NCBI GenBank assembly: GCA_951406725.2
Contig: OX597814.1
Location: 206,336,001-206,400,000 of the forward strand
Length of the DNA: 64,000 nucleotides
Source of the DNA: Octopus vulgaris
Taxonomy: Eukaryota
Direction of reading: 5' to 3'
The notes under the pieces are model-generated. The model ran no database searches and was not told the DNA's origin. It saw only the letters and a program-made list of their open reading frames with translations. Of the stretch, positions 1-12,813 are shown piece by piece. Each line of letters opens with the position of its first letter. Within the stretch, counting starts at the first letter, position 1. The translations under genes and the position numbers were made by a program.

Positions 1-128
1 TGGTCGTTCGTCCTAACGATATCTTTCCTTCTGAAACGAAGAAAATAAATACCGCCTTAACTAAAAATCCCTCAACCACGTTTCCGTCTTTATATATGTT
101 TCTCTCTCTTCTGTTTTTGTAAATTTAA

Positions 129-1985
129 CCCATTAAGTCCCAGAGTACTGAGATGTTTGAATATTACTTTTAAATTTTCAAAGATGATTGAAAAAAAGGG
201 TAAGATAATAAAAATCAATTATAAAAACTGCTTTACTTCAAGTAGAAATGGAAATACACGGGTTTTCCATAAAGAGGATCCTGGCTCAATGTGATACTTT
301 CATAAATTCAAAATCCCTCATATGTTATCTGTTAATATATTCTATTGGTATTAAAGTTTGTATGTAAAATGGCTAAAGTTTTTGAAAGAATACAGCGAAA
401 TAATAGAGCGAAATACAAAAAATACGATACAATTAAAGATTGAAATACAAATCATACAAAAAAACAAGATTGAAGGAAATCAATTTATAAGACTATGCCT
501 TGAGGAAATGGGCCAAAACAGTCTTGACTCAGGGTGACGTTGCACTTTTCACAATAATTTAGTGGTTTCCTGTTGTACGACTTATTTTGACAACGTCGTT
601 GCTGATCTCGTTTAGCTATTATATGGCCTTTCAAATCAAATTGAACGTCAGCATTTGGTGTGGATAGTGTGATCGTCTATGTTTATTGTTCAGATTGCTT
701 AGCAGTGGAGAGCTTTAGATATGAAACGCATAGATATCTCCTGAAATCGAGTAAATATTTATGTTTCCTCCTTTCCCTCGTTGATCAGTTTGTAAATAGT
801 CCACGCATTGACAACAGTCCTATCAATGACTCTAGCCAACAATGGTCTGCACCACTTTATGCGTCTAATTGAGGTTGCACATTTTGACACCAACCAGTCT
901 GGCTTGTCAACTTCACCCGTGCAATTGTTATATGAGCCGCAAACATGGGGTCGGGTCACATTGCCCTTGCTTTTACTTCCTTTACTCTAGCGTTGTACAT
1001 TGCAAATGGGTTCGACTGAATCAGGATTAGTCCCAATTCTCAAACATTTAGTGTCAAGCCAACTAACTACAAGGATTTCATTATTGATTTCAAATCTATA
1101 ATCATATCAACATCTTCGCTCCTTTCTCATCAATGCTCTTTCCTTTAGAGGACATCTCTTGAGACAATTATCTCTCGTAGCAGTTGTTTCAAATGCCATT
1201 TGCCCGAGATGCACTAACGGATCATACTTTGTGAATATATTATCAAAATATACGGATTGTGACCAAGGATCATCTACCACTCCAAGAAACTTTCCTTCCA
1301 AGTGGAAGATCGTCTTCGGGTCCTTTTTGAATTCTCTTGCCACAATACAGATCAAAGTTGTAACAAAATCCTGAAACACCGCACAATGCCCAAAACTTTT
1401 AACGAAATCTTATGGGTTTCCCTTTTATAAATTGTTTGAGTGAATTATGCCCCAATAGCATTTGACCATCATTACATCGACTGACAGACTCTTTTCACAA
1501 ATTTCGAATCTATTGAAGGAATTCTGAACCATATTAAAGAGAAAACGAACTGCATAATATTTATCATCTTTATTCTCCTCCCAATTTTCGTTATTCTGAA
1601 GTGAATGGTGCTATAAAGATGCCGGAGTGGATTTCTTGTAATAGCAGTTTTGATTAATGGCACACCCAGATCTTCGTCACTTGACCAGAGTGGTTTCTTG
1701 TGAGGGGTAACCTAAGATAACTGGAATATATTAGAACTCCAAGAACTGTTTCCATTCATCTACAGAAAAGGTTTCGGTTTTAATCCTTCCGGGCCGCAGA
1801 ATATCGAACGTTTTCTTTCGCTGTGTAGTCATATATTTCTGGTGTTTGCATTTCCTCAAACATTTCAACAGGGCTGCGTTATTGCAGAGCATCTTGCATT
1901 TTTCTAAAACATTCTAACTAATTCTTAATTCTTGGCTGAGCTTTTTGTGTATTCAAGTATCTCTTTCGATGTAATCGAGGTGCTC
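129..1985 (-). mobile_element. Degenerate piggyBac DNA transposon (3' part)
   Basis: TTAA|CCC terminus at 125-131. Transposase fragments VYFDNIFT, YNNCTGEVDK, VVNAWTIYK and a C-terminal Cys-rich remnant (QRRCQ..YCEKCNVTL..DCF). Confidence 0.88.
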
Positions 1986-1999
1986 CTCCCGCAAATATT

Positions 2000-2935
2000 T
2001 CAGGCCTAATGTAGAAAGGATTATTATTCGTATGAATGCAAATTCGTAATCTGGATATAGAAGCTGGAAGTTACAATGCATTTGTCCATAATTAGCTTCT
2101 TTGTTTTTGATTTTCAAAGAGATATTCCCATCAGCAGGGCAACCGACCTGTACGACGGTACATTCTTTTTCTTGCCTGTCCCAGACAACAATATCTGACT
2201 CGTTATGCTTACCTTAGCATGAATGCACACCTGTTTCTGTCACAACAACCTCTCTTCACCTGGTACAGCATCACTTCTTCCAATGCTCCCTCCCCGTCTG
2301 AAAGAATATTTGTCTTGCAAATTACTTGGTGACCCTGCAAATGTTGGTGCCAGGTAAAGAGCCACCAATCCACACTGTAAAGTGGTTGGTATTTTCGAAG
2401 GGCATCCAGCTGTAAACATCATGCCAAAACTGGCCTACTCTATGCTGGGGCCACGTAAAAGACACTCTTCCGGCCTGTTGGTTAGGAAAAGCATCCAGCC
2501 CTAAAATCCATGCTAAAATATACACTGAAGCCTTGTGCTGGCTTTTGCCTAGCCAGCTCCTGTCAAACCGTCCAAACCATGCCAGCATGAAAAGCAGACG
2601 TGAAATGATGAGGATTATGATGAAGATAACAAGGATGATGATGACGGCGACGACGATGATAATGATGATGACGATGATTCATCTATATTTTCAGCTGCCC
2701 CTTAGAACGCCAATGGCTTCAATGTCTCTTTTATTGATTAGGTATTTAGTAGCAATCTCCCGTTCTTGGACTGTAAATGCATATCTTTTGAAGCCTAGTG
2801 TGATGTATCGGTCATGAGTCCAAAAGGGGTTTCGTTTCATCTCTGTGTTACTATCATCTTCAGATCTACTAGAAACGTACTCATACATAGTCATTTCTTA
2901 GCGTTCCATTTTGAATCTGTTTGAAACGAAATTCA
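2000..2935 (-). mobile_element. RLE non-LTR retrotransposon relic interrupted by short interspersed repeat fragments (~2240-2680); mirror at ~39065-39980
   Basis: YAFTVQEREIATKYL and DIVVWDRQEKECTVV-like pieces resemble 27487-28119. Insert ends in CCAGCATGAAAAGCAGACGTGAA(ATG)n. Confidence 0.65.
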
Positions 2936-3242
2936 TACTCATTTCATATATCTTTACCATCTACATTAAAACCTCCGTATTTTCAGTTCAAATATAACTT
3001 GATTCAGTTATGATGCTAATTTTAATACCTTGAACTAGGTAGTATCAAAAACAATAGAAAATCTCCTGCAACCTTTGAATAGAAAATATTGACCTTGAAA
3101 CGGGGATATGTTTAACCATAGAAGAGGTACTCGGCAACAGAAAAATGCATTGATTTCTCAGATACATTGACCACAACACTTATGATTATTTCGTAACATT
3201 GCATATGTCTATGAAATAAAGAAACGGAGTTGAATCTTCATT

Positions 3243-3276
3243 ACTTAATATGCTTTGTTTTTTCATATTTTTACAG
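3243..3276 (+). promoter_or_regulatory. Putative 3' splice acceptor of a 5'-UTR intron
   Basis: Branch-like CTTAAT, pyrimidine tract and TTTTTACAG ending 10 nt before the ATG. Retained in the paralog (~38724-38760, minus strand). Confidence 0.6.
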
Positions 3277-3286
3277 ATAACCAAAT

Positions 3287-5509
3287 ATGGCTGCCGTGCA
3301 GACGACAATAACAGCAACCAGTTCTCTTATTCTTTCAATCATTCTTATTATCACACTGACATTACTAAACATCGATGCGAAGGAACTCGGCAATGATTGT
3401 GAAGTTAAAATCCCTCCCAATATCAGTGAGATTTTATTTCATTTAGTAAAATTAGAAAAAGCGGTTTTCAATTTTGAAGTCCATTTATCAAACAAGACAC
3501 TTGATGAACTTCTTAATCCTGTGCCATTGGATTATTTTGCAAATGCGAGGAGTTTTACGTGGATTCCAGATAAATCAGGCGCTTTAACTATATATAAAAC
3601 TTTCCCCTATGATTTTTCAATGCGCACTTTTAATATGTTGGACGTCTACGTTGCTAAACAAAGGATTGATATCAATATCACTTGTGGAAAACAAAATATT
3701 CAGAGACACGATTTAATATATTTGATATTCGACGCATTGAAAAGAATCATATTTATGGACAAATTACAAATGGCAGAATCTGGATACATGTGTTTTTATA
3801 TAAATTTATCTCAAGACATGAAGACGAATAGCCCTGGCACATTTGAAGCCAACAAAAGAATTGGTAATAATCGAGAAATGTTGAAGAACTATTGCTGTAA
3901 ACTCTATAAAAATGGAAGCTATTTTTATCACTCCAAATCTATTTGTTCAGGAAAGATTATTGAGAATGCTATGTTTCAGAATTTAGCACGTATCGCCGGT
4001 GCCGTTTTGTGGGCTATATTACCATTACTCATTAGTTTCGTATCAAAAGCGAAAGTACCTTTACATTCCCGTCAACTCAATCTGCCACTGTTTGCTCACG
4101 ATGAATTCATATTTACAATTAAAAACACATTACCATACAAATCCGAGTGGATCAATGTAAAACATAATATTTACACATTCTCACATTTTCTGTCTTGGGT
4201 ATTTTGTTTCCACAATTCCTCTTTCTTTGCCTCAAGACTAAGAAGATTCCTTTGTATTCTATTTTCACTTTCAGTACTCTTTCTGGATCTTTTGATGCAT
4301 TACTTCTTTTTATATGAAACAATAGAAATTATTTACCAAGATGGTTTACCGTTGGGCTATCGCGCCCTAATATTAGGAATAACAGAAAGTTATGACAGTA
4401 CAGATGGCTTCTTGGGGGGTCCGTTTTTGTGCTTCATCGGCTATATATTTTTTAGCTTTATTCTCTTCGTTCTTCCCAGTCGTTTAAGTGAGACTGTCGC
4501 GTATAATGCACTACATCAAAGATCCACTTTCACGTTTCTGATACAAAATATCACATTATTAGAGAAGTATGGCAGTTTAAATGTTTCTACACAACAGGAT
4601 TATGATCTACTCTATGCAATAATGAAAGCTAATGTTTCTACAGCTTTAAACACAAATTTCTGGCATTTAATAATTTATACTTGGTTCAAACGTATAAAGA
4701 AAATTTGGTTATATTACTGCAGGAGAAATATTTTCTGGCAATTCATTGCGCTTTGGCTCTTTATTTCCATTACAATTTTATCTGCTGTATTTTCTGTCTG
4801 TGAATTATTTCTATGCCTCATTTATTATGGAATCCCATTTGTTTATCTGATTTTAACTTTACCATTAAGTTATTTCAGAGTTTATATTTACCCCCTGTAT
4901 TTGAATCCTAACTATATTTTCAAGATTATTGCTTTCATTTTAACATTCATATCGTTTCCATGTTTTCTAGTGTGGGGAATTTATTCAATCTATATATTTG
5001 CAGTAAGTTTTGGTATCCTTTGCGAGTATGTATTTTCAATAGCTGTTGCAGTACTTGCTAAGCCTGATACTGTTGGTGATATATGGTTTGTTTCCATGTT
5101 TCTTCTCTATGGTATTGCAATCATAAAAGCTATCCAGAAACAGTATGACTTCATTCTGCTTGGATCCATAAAGCTTGCCAAAATTCTTCGTCCGAATTTA
5201 GTTCAGTCAAAATATGGGGAAGAATTCATGGATGCCAATTTGTTCAAGACAATTATTTACCATCATTTTCCATTGAGATTCGAGATTGGTAAATCCATTG
5301 TAAAACTGTTTCTAATCGTAACCTTTTTCTTTGCTTGCAACAATATAATAAGTCGAGAAGACTTGAACTTATCAGCATTCACAAAGATTACTTTGATATT
5401 GATGACGTCTATGATACCTAAATTATTGTCTATAGTAAATGCAGATCGTAGGTTAACAATAACCATGTTAGATAAAATGATCCAAACAATAAACTTATTT
5501 GAAGAATGA
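3287..5509 (+). CDS. Orphan multi-pass membrane protein (740 aa), receptor/channel-like, single coding exon
   Basis: Uninterrupted 2.2-kb high-complexity ORF. Hydrophobic N-terminal signal-like segment, ~200-aa ectodomain with 6 Cys and sequons NIS/NKT/NIT/NLS/NGS, then ~8-10 hydrophobic segments. No TE motifs. Paralog at 38713-36750. Confidence 0.88.
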   Translation: MAAVQTTITATSSLILSIILIITLTLLNIDAKELGNDCEVKIPPNISEILFHLVKLEKAVFNFEVHLSNKTLDELLNPVPLDYFANARSFTWIPDKSGALTIYKTFPYDFSMRTFNMLDVYVAKQRIDINITCGKQNIQRHDLIYLIFDALKRIIFMDKLQMAESGYMCFYINLSQDMKTNSPGTFEANKRIGNNREMLKNYCCKLYKNGSYFYHSKSICSGKIIENAMFQNLARIAGAVLWAILPLLISFVSKAKVPLHSRQLNLPLFAHDEFIFTIKNTLPYKSEWINVKHNIYTFSHFLSWVFCFHNSSFFASRLRRFLCILFSLSVLFLDLLMHYFFLYETIEIIYQDGLPLGYRALILGITESYDSTDGFLGGPFLCFIGYIFFSFILFVLPSRLSETVAYNALHQRSTFTFLIQNITLLEKYGSLNVSTQQDYDLLYAIMKANVSTALNTNFWHLIIYTWFKRIKKIWLYYCRRNIFWQFIALWLFISITILSAVFSVCELFLCLIYYGIPFVYLILTLPLSYFRVYIYPLYLNPNYIFKIIAFILTFISFPCFLVWGIYSIYIFAVSFGILCEYVFSIAVAVLAKPDTVGDIWFVSMFLLYGIAIIKAIQKQYDFILLGSIKLAKILRPNLVQSKYGEEFMDANLFKTIIYHHFPLRFEIGKSIVKLFLIVTFFFACNNIISREDLNLSAFTKITLILMTSMIPKLLSIVNADRRLTITMLDKMIQTINLFEE

Positions 5510-5606
5510 AATACATCACGGAGAAGCTTATCAAGTTATTTGATATTCTTCGATACGATGAAAAGTACATAAGTGTGCTTTATGGTTTATTAACTACACT
5601 GTATAA

Positions 5607-5664
5607 CATAATAATAATAATAATAATAATAATATTAATAATAATAATAATAATAATAATAATG

Positions 5665-5746
<82 letters not shown>

Positions 5747-5784
5747 TAATAATGATAATAATAATAGTAATAATAATAATAATG

Positions 5785-5829
<45 letters not shown>

Positions 5830-5856
5830 TTTATAATAATAATAATAATAATGATA

Positions 5857-5954
<98 letters not shown>

Positions 5955-5969
5955 TATAATAATAATAAT
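5607..5969. repeat. (TAA/TGA)n microsatellite; other half at ~8606-8902
   Basis: Direct reading. Much longer than the paralogous empty site at ~36622-36652. Confidence 0.95.
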
Positions 5970-8605
5970 AGGGAAGGAGAAAGTAACCGTTAAAGACCCC
6001 CCTCCCATGGAAGAAGTTCAAAACTTTTGGGAAAGGATTTGGAGTGACGAGAAGACGTACAACATAAATGCAGACTGGATTATACAAACTGAAGGATCCT
6101 ACCAAAATTTACAACAACAAGCATGGGAAGGCATCACAATAGCAGACCTAAGAAAGGCACTCACGAAGGCCCATAATTGGAAATCCCCGGTAAAGATAGG
6201 GTGCCGAATTTCTGGCTCTCATCGCTCCCATGCGCACACGGTTAGCTAATTCAGCTGCTCGATGGAATTATGAGAGATCCAAAGAAAACACCTGAATGGT
6301 TAGCAAGTGGTATTACCTACCTACTCCCAAAGAATAACGAAACCAAACTTCCAAAAAACTGTCGGCCTATAACCTGTCTATCCACCACGTATAAAATCCT
6401 AACATCTATCCTGGCGGAGAAAACATATGCATTCATGAAGAAAAACGATATTTTCCCCATTGAACAAAAAGGGTGCTGCCGAGGCTCATACGGATGCAAA
6501 GATCAACTGCTAATTAATCGTATGATCCTTGAGAACTGTCACAACAAGCGCAGAAATCTCAGCTCCGCATGGATTGACTATAAAAAGGCCTTCGATAGTA
6601 TACCGCATTCATGGATCTTGAAATCGCTGGACATCTTCAAAATTTCCCCTGTGATTTCAAACTTCCTGAAGCACAATATGTCGTTGTGGAATACGAATCT
6701 CCAATTATACCACTCTAATGGAGTACTTGCTTCAGAGAATATAAACATCAACTGTGGAATTTTTCAAGGTGACTCACTTTCACCTCTAATATTCTGCATA
6801 GCCCTAATACCCCTTACAAGTGAATTAAACAGAACAGGGTATGGGTATAAAATTGCCAATAAAAAAATAAGCCATCTATTTTATATGGATGACTTAAAAC
6901 TCTATGGTAAAGACGTTAATGAACTTGAAGGCATATTGCGCACTGTGAAAACATTCAGCGATGACATCGGGATGGAGTTTGGACTTGAGAAGTGTGCCAA
7001 GGCCACTTTCCAGAAAGGGAAAGTGAAGACCACAAGTTCAGTCGTGTTAGATGTTGACACAGTCATAAGAGAGCTTGAGCAAGAACAAACCTACAGATAT
7101 TTAGGGATAAATGAAGGCTCTATTATTCAGCATGCAAGCATGAAAGAGAAGATCAGGAAGGAATGTTATAGGAGAGTTCCAGCAGTCCTGAAATCAAACT
7201 AAATGCACGTAACAAGGTGTTAGCTATAAATTCCTTAGCAGTTTCAGTTGTTACTTATAGCTACAATGTGTTGAACTGGAATATGAGTGAAGTAAAGAAT
7301 ATAGATAGGAAAATACGCAAGCTGCTGAGTTGTAATAGGATGCACCACCCAAAGGCATATGTAGATCGCCTTTACCTCCCCAGAGCCCAAGGATGTCGAG
7401 GCCTGATCCAATTTGAACTAGCTTACAAAACAACCACAATTGGACTGGCCAAATATCTTGAAATAACGAATGACTGGATGCTAAAGCTCGTGGAAAATCA
7501 CGAGAGACGAAAGAAGCTTCATTCTATCATAAAGGAAAGCAAAACATTTGCTGTTGATCTCGTGCAAGATACCCAAACTGAACAACCCGAGGGAAGTACG
7601 GCAACTATTGTTTCAAAGAAGGTGAAAATAATGACAACGAAAAAAGCGCACGAGCAATTGGCTGATAGGTGGGAGGAGAAACCTCTGCACGGCAAATATG
7701 TGGTCCGTAGCAAACAAGCTGATGTTGACCAGAAGCAAACCCATCAGTGGCTACGGAGATCAGGGCTAAAAGCAGAGAGCGAAGGTTTCATCCTGGCTGC
7801 TCAAGATCAAAGCCTATTAACCCGGAACTACCAGGCCAATGTGATGAAAAATGGAGCAGACCCAAAATGCCGATTCTGCAACGACATGATTGAAACAGTG
7901 GACCACCTAATCTCTGGATGTAAAGTCTTAGCACTAGTGGAGTATAAATTAAGACGTGACAGAGTTGGCCAATATCTACACTGGCTAATAAGTCGGCATT
8001 ACAATATCAAAACTGCCGACAAGTGGTATAATCACCACCCTGAGGCTGTAACTGAAGGAGAAAATGTAACCATTCTGTGGGACATTCCAGTACATACAGA
8101 CCGAACCATCAAGGCCAATAAACCAGATATTGTTTTGAAAGACCAAAACAATAAAGTTTGCTTATTGATCGACATGAGCATCCCCTGTGATCATAATATC
8201 TCGGCGAAAGAATTTGACAAGCTCAGAAAATATAAAGACCTGTTCATTGAAATTGAGAAAATGTGGCATCTCAAGGCGGTTACATTACCAGTGATCGTAG
8301 GAGCACTAGGAATGATCAAGAAGGGAACCGAAAATTATATGAGAATGATCCCTGGCTTACCATCCCTGCAAGAAGTGCAAAAGATTGTCTTAACTGGTAC
8401 ATCACACGTATTGAGAAGAGCATTGTCGATGTGAGAACTATTACTACCCATGTATTTTAATTTAACTTTATTCTATAAAAGAAAAATGAACGAACTAGTG
8501 AGTTTAGTTTAATGGCCTACCAATGTATACTATGAGTTTCTTTGCCCTAGGATTCGGGAAGACACTCGGCAAGAAATAGAAGCAAATAGAAGAAAAACCC
8601 ATAAA
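5970..8605 (+). mobile_element. 5'-truncated R4/Dong-like RLE non-LTR retrotransposon inserted in (TAA)n
   Basis: RT (QGDSLSP, YMDD), CCHC knuckle CRFC..HLISGC, RLE KPDIV..IDMSIP..KY. Frameshifted. (TAA)n on both sides. Near-identical to 52090-54735. Confidence 0.93.
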
Positions 8606-8638
8606 CAATAATAATAATAATAATGATAATAATAATAA

Positions 8639-8669
<31 letters not shown>

Positions 8670-8679
8670 AAGAAGAATG

Positions 8680-8776
<97 letters not shown>

Positions 8777-8820
8777 TAATAATAATAGTAATAATAATAA
8801 TAATAATAATAATAGTAATG

Positions 8821-8869
<49 letters not shown>

Positions 8870-8957
8870 TAATAATAGTAATAATGATAATAATAATAAT
8901 AATGGTTCTGGGCATTCTCACAGTCACAAACACACTCATGTATCTCCTATACATAAA

Positions 8958-9085
<128 letters not shown>

Positions 9086-9109
9086 TACACAATACTTCAA
9101 GCTAACTAC

Positions 9110-9775
9110 AAAACAATACAAATATGTAAGAAAAATTATAATAAGAAGAATTATAATTGAAGTTATGTAATGTCATTCTCATCAGTGTGAAGAATTTAAG
9201 GAAGAACATCAAAAATAATTATTAATTAAAATGAAGGAAAACTAAATTATTTAATAGGGAAAATTTAACCGAATATTTATAAATAAGTTGTAAAAATGAA
9301 AAAACTTATATGAGGAACGAGAAAGGAAGACATATCAATGTATATGCAAGTCTCTCTCTGCAAAAAATCTATAACTTTAAATGTCTAAAGGATAATTGGA
9401 AAAAATAATAGTAAAAGATCATAGTGTAAACAAGAAGACAAAGACACGTGTCTAGCATATATAAACATCACGTTCTTTTTTAAATATATCCTTTAGACAT
9501 ATTAAGTTATAGATGATTATTGCACAAATAGACTTGCAGACACATTGATATATTTTGCATTTTCGTTTCTCTTATTTTCCCCCTTTTACAACTTATTTGT
9601 AAATATCCAGTGAAATCTTCCCTATTACGCCATTTGTGTTTCATTCTTCATTCTCATTCATAATTTTTTTTGATATTCTTCCTAAATTCTCCACACTGGG
9701 GAGTATGAAAATACATAACTTTAACTATAATAAAACTTTAACAACAATAATATTTTCTTACATATTTGTATTGAT
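9110..9775. repeat. Imperfect foldback/MITE-like inverted repeat
   Basis: ~9110-9395 is reverse-complementary to ~9489-9775 (e.g. CTATAACTTTAAATGTCTAAAGGA vs TCCTTTAGACATATTAAGTTATAG). Confidence 0.7.
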
Positions 9776-9913
9776 CTTTGATCGTTCGTATGTATTAAAT
9801 CCAATTTTGATTTTTTAACATCTTTTCTCCATTTTTATAACTGTTTATACTATCTTTATATTGCTCGCTCTCTCTATCTCTATCTCTCTCTCTAGATATA
9901 TATTCTCTCTTTT

Positions 9914-9984
<71 letters not shown>

Positions 9985-10666
9985 TGAGGGAATAAAATCC
10001 AAACTTACAAGGAAAAAGAATTCAATTTAGAAATACTAAAGCTAAGTCTGATTTTATTTTATCGTTTCTATATTTCATTTGATTATTGTACTGCTGTGAA
10101 TTTCATATTATTGTTGTTATTACTTTTGTTTGGTGTAATATTTTTATTTATTTATAGTTTCTTGATAGTATTTTTTACGTCCGATGTTTGATTGTTATAA
10201 AAGATTTTACGTTTTACATATCATTTAATTTGAGAATGTATAATGGTTAGACTTTATTTCTTATTATAATTAGATAATATTTTCATTAAATTGTACTTTT
10301 TTTAAATATACTAGTTTTTATTTTAATATAACGTTTATGTTTAACTTTTTATCGTGTGATATATTAAATCTATAGATTTTATACATGGATATTAATATAA
10401 CGAATTTATATAATGGATTTGAGTGTATTTGTACTTTTTCAAAGATTTGATTGTATTTTCATTAATGAAATTGATTGAGTTGATTAATTAGACGCTTATC
10501 CTTTTGTTTTTCTACCTACTATATACGTTATATTATTTTTGTAATTTACTTAATCTTTACTTTTTAATTGTTATTTTAATTTTAACTTTTCTATTATATG
10601 TAATTTTCTTAATGGTGTAATTTAATTATTCCTTTTGAATTGATAAAAGGTGTTTTCTTCTAATAT

Positions 10667-10717
<51 letters not shown>

Positions 10718-11383
10718 TTTAAAATAATAAGGGTGAAAGTTTGATTATTAACTTGATTAATATCAATTTAAATCTAGTTGTCTAGCATATTGAAAAATTA
10801 CATTACATATATATGAGAGATGACCACTAAGTGGCTATCCATTGTGCTAGAGCAAGACCATAGTGGGTCAACTTCTAGCATAATGGATGTCCTCATAGTG
10901 ATCATCCCTCTTATGTATATACACACATCTGTCTGTACTTGACTCCCGCCTTCGCTGTGAAAAGGAATCAATGTTTTCCCTTCATTATTTTGCTCCTAAT
11001 GGTCATAATTCGTCACTTCTCTTCATCTCATACCCAACCCACTCAGATTAGCACACACGTCCCATATTCGACTGCCCATCTCCTCCACCCACACCGGCTA
11101 AATAGGTATCCTCACCATACACAACAATACACACAATGCACACACTAGCTTAGTCGTACACATACACACACACACGTTCAAATATATCCCCAGATGCCTA
11201 TGCGTTTGCACACACACATAATAAACGCCACACAAATACAAATTTCATACGCCCAGACACATTCTAACCAGCACATGAAACATATCACTCTTGTATTCTC
11301 TCCCGCTTTTTTCCCCATTCACTCCTTTCTTATGAAGAGCATCGGTCCGAAACGTCAAAAAATTATCGATAATAATCATAATG

Positions 11384-11461
<78 letters not shown>

Positions 11462-11924
11462 CTTTCTAGTGGAGACATAAACCCTCAAATTTGTGGGGCG
11501 TTCACTAGTCGATTATATCGACTCCAGTATTTCACTGGTATTTCATTTATCGACTTACATGCACACACACGCACGCACATATATACATCTAAATGTACAA
11601 TCTGAATAACAATTCTTCATTGCTTAATATTTTCTTTATGTCTGGTTTAATCCAGGTTTTTGTTTATTTTGTTTCGAATCGAATAAAGAATTTATTTTGA
11701 TATCGACTATAACGTTGTTTGTCTTTCTTCTCGGAATCCATGTCTCTGGGCGCTTTGTCATACTTCTCTCAAAGCATTTCCGTATTTGTGTGTGTAAATG
11801 AGGGTGTGGTTGTGGGAGGGTGTGTGTATATATGTGTATTACTCAAACAGTTGAGACTCATTGTTGGGTCTGTCAAAAGAATTGAAAAATGAACAACCCT
11901 CAAAATCAAGAATTTAAAGGAATT

Positions 11925-12180
11925 GCAAATGAATGCAAACATGAATTTCAAAACAAAACGTCACATCTTCTGCATTACTTGCCTACAATTCGACGAGAAT
12001 TACATTGGAGGAACAGAAACAAATTTCACCAACCGTGTGAACGTCCTCAAATAGTAAATTAAAAATTCATCTTTTAGAAATTGTCCACGTAATAAACATG
12101 TAAACATTTGTGCAAATGGAAAATAGAAAATATTCCCTTTTTACAAAATATAAGACGAAAATGTCCAGCTATGAAAGGCA
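11925..12180 (+). mobile_element. Penelope-like GIY-YIG endonuclease relic (mirror ~35455-35715, minus)
   Basis: Hand translation NMNFKTKRHIFCITCLQFDENYIGGTETNFTNRVNVLK**IK..CPRNKHVNICANGK*KIFPFYK. Confidence 0.75.
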
Positions 12181-12756
12181 CTGCATAAGTCTTCTCAATC
12201 TGAAGCTAAACCCGAAATCGTCAACCCCATAAACAAAAACAACTTTCTCTACACGCATTACCCCAGAACATGTGTTTTGTAGAAGTTCAACAACGAAAGC
12301 GGTTACATACAAAATACAGACAAAGGCTTTGTGACATTCTATTCTCTAAATAACTTTTAAACAGTTAATAAATTTCAAAAGTAATGAAAAAAACACTAAA
12401 AGAGAATGAGTCAAACCCAGACACAATAAAATTTTAGAAGAACTTTCATTAAACATTGGGACAATATCAAGTATATTTAGAAAGACTCTTACACACACAC
12501 ACACACATACACAGACACTGACACACAAGCAAACAAACACACACTCATCAAGAAGACGGTGCTGCTGTATGGCCGCAGTGAAATGATTTAAACAAGTAAA
12601 AGAATAAAAGATTATATACATATCCTCGGTGCCACAGCCGTTTTTGCCGTCTCCATCCTGAATCCAGCGCATCTCTACATCTAGTAAATACTGTATTTGG
12701 AAAATATACTTTCAGAACTCCTGTATCCGCCGCCAATGTGAATATCTCGCTCTCAG

Positions 12757-12811
<55 letters not shown>

Positions 12812-12813
<2 letters not shown>

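Noticed and set aside
3287-5509. Assignment as chemotactile receptor (nAChR-like) or GPCR
   Set aside because: No Cys-loop/4-TM layout and no recognisable GPCR motifs; left unassigned.
5506-6249. 247-aa ORF overlapping the gene's stop codon
   Set aside because: Poly-Ile from (ATA)n read into the truncated retrotransposon; not a gene.
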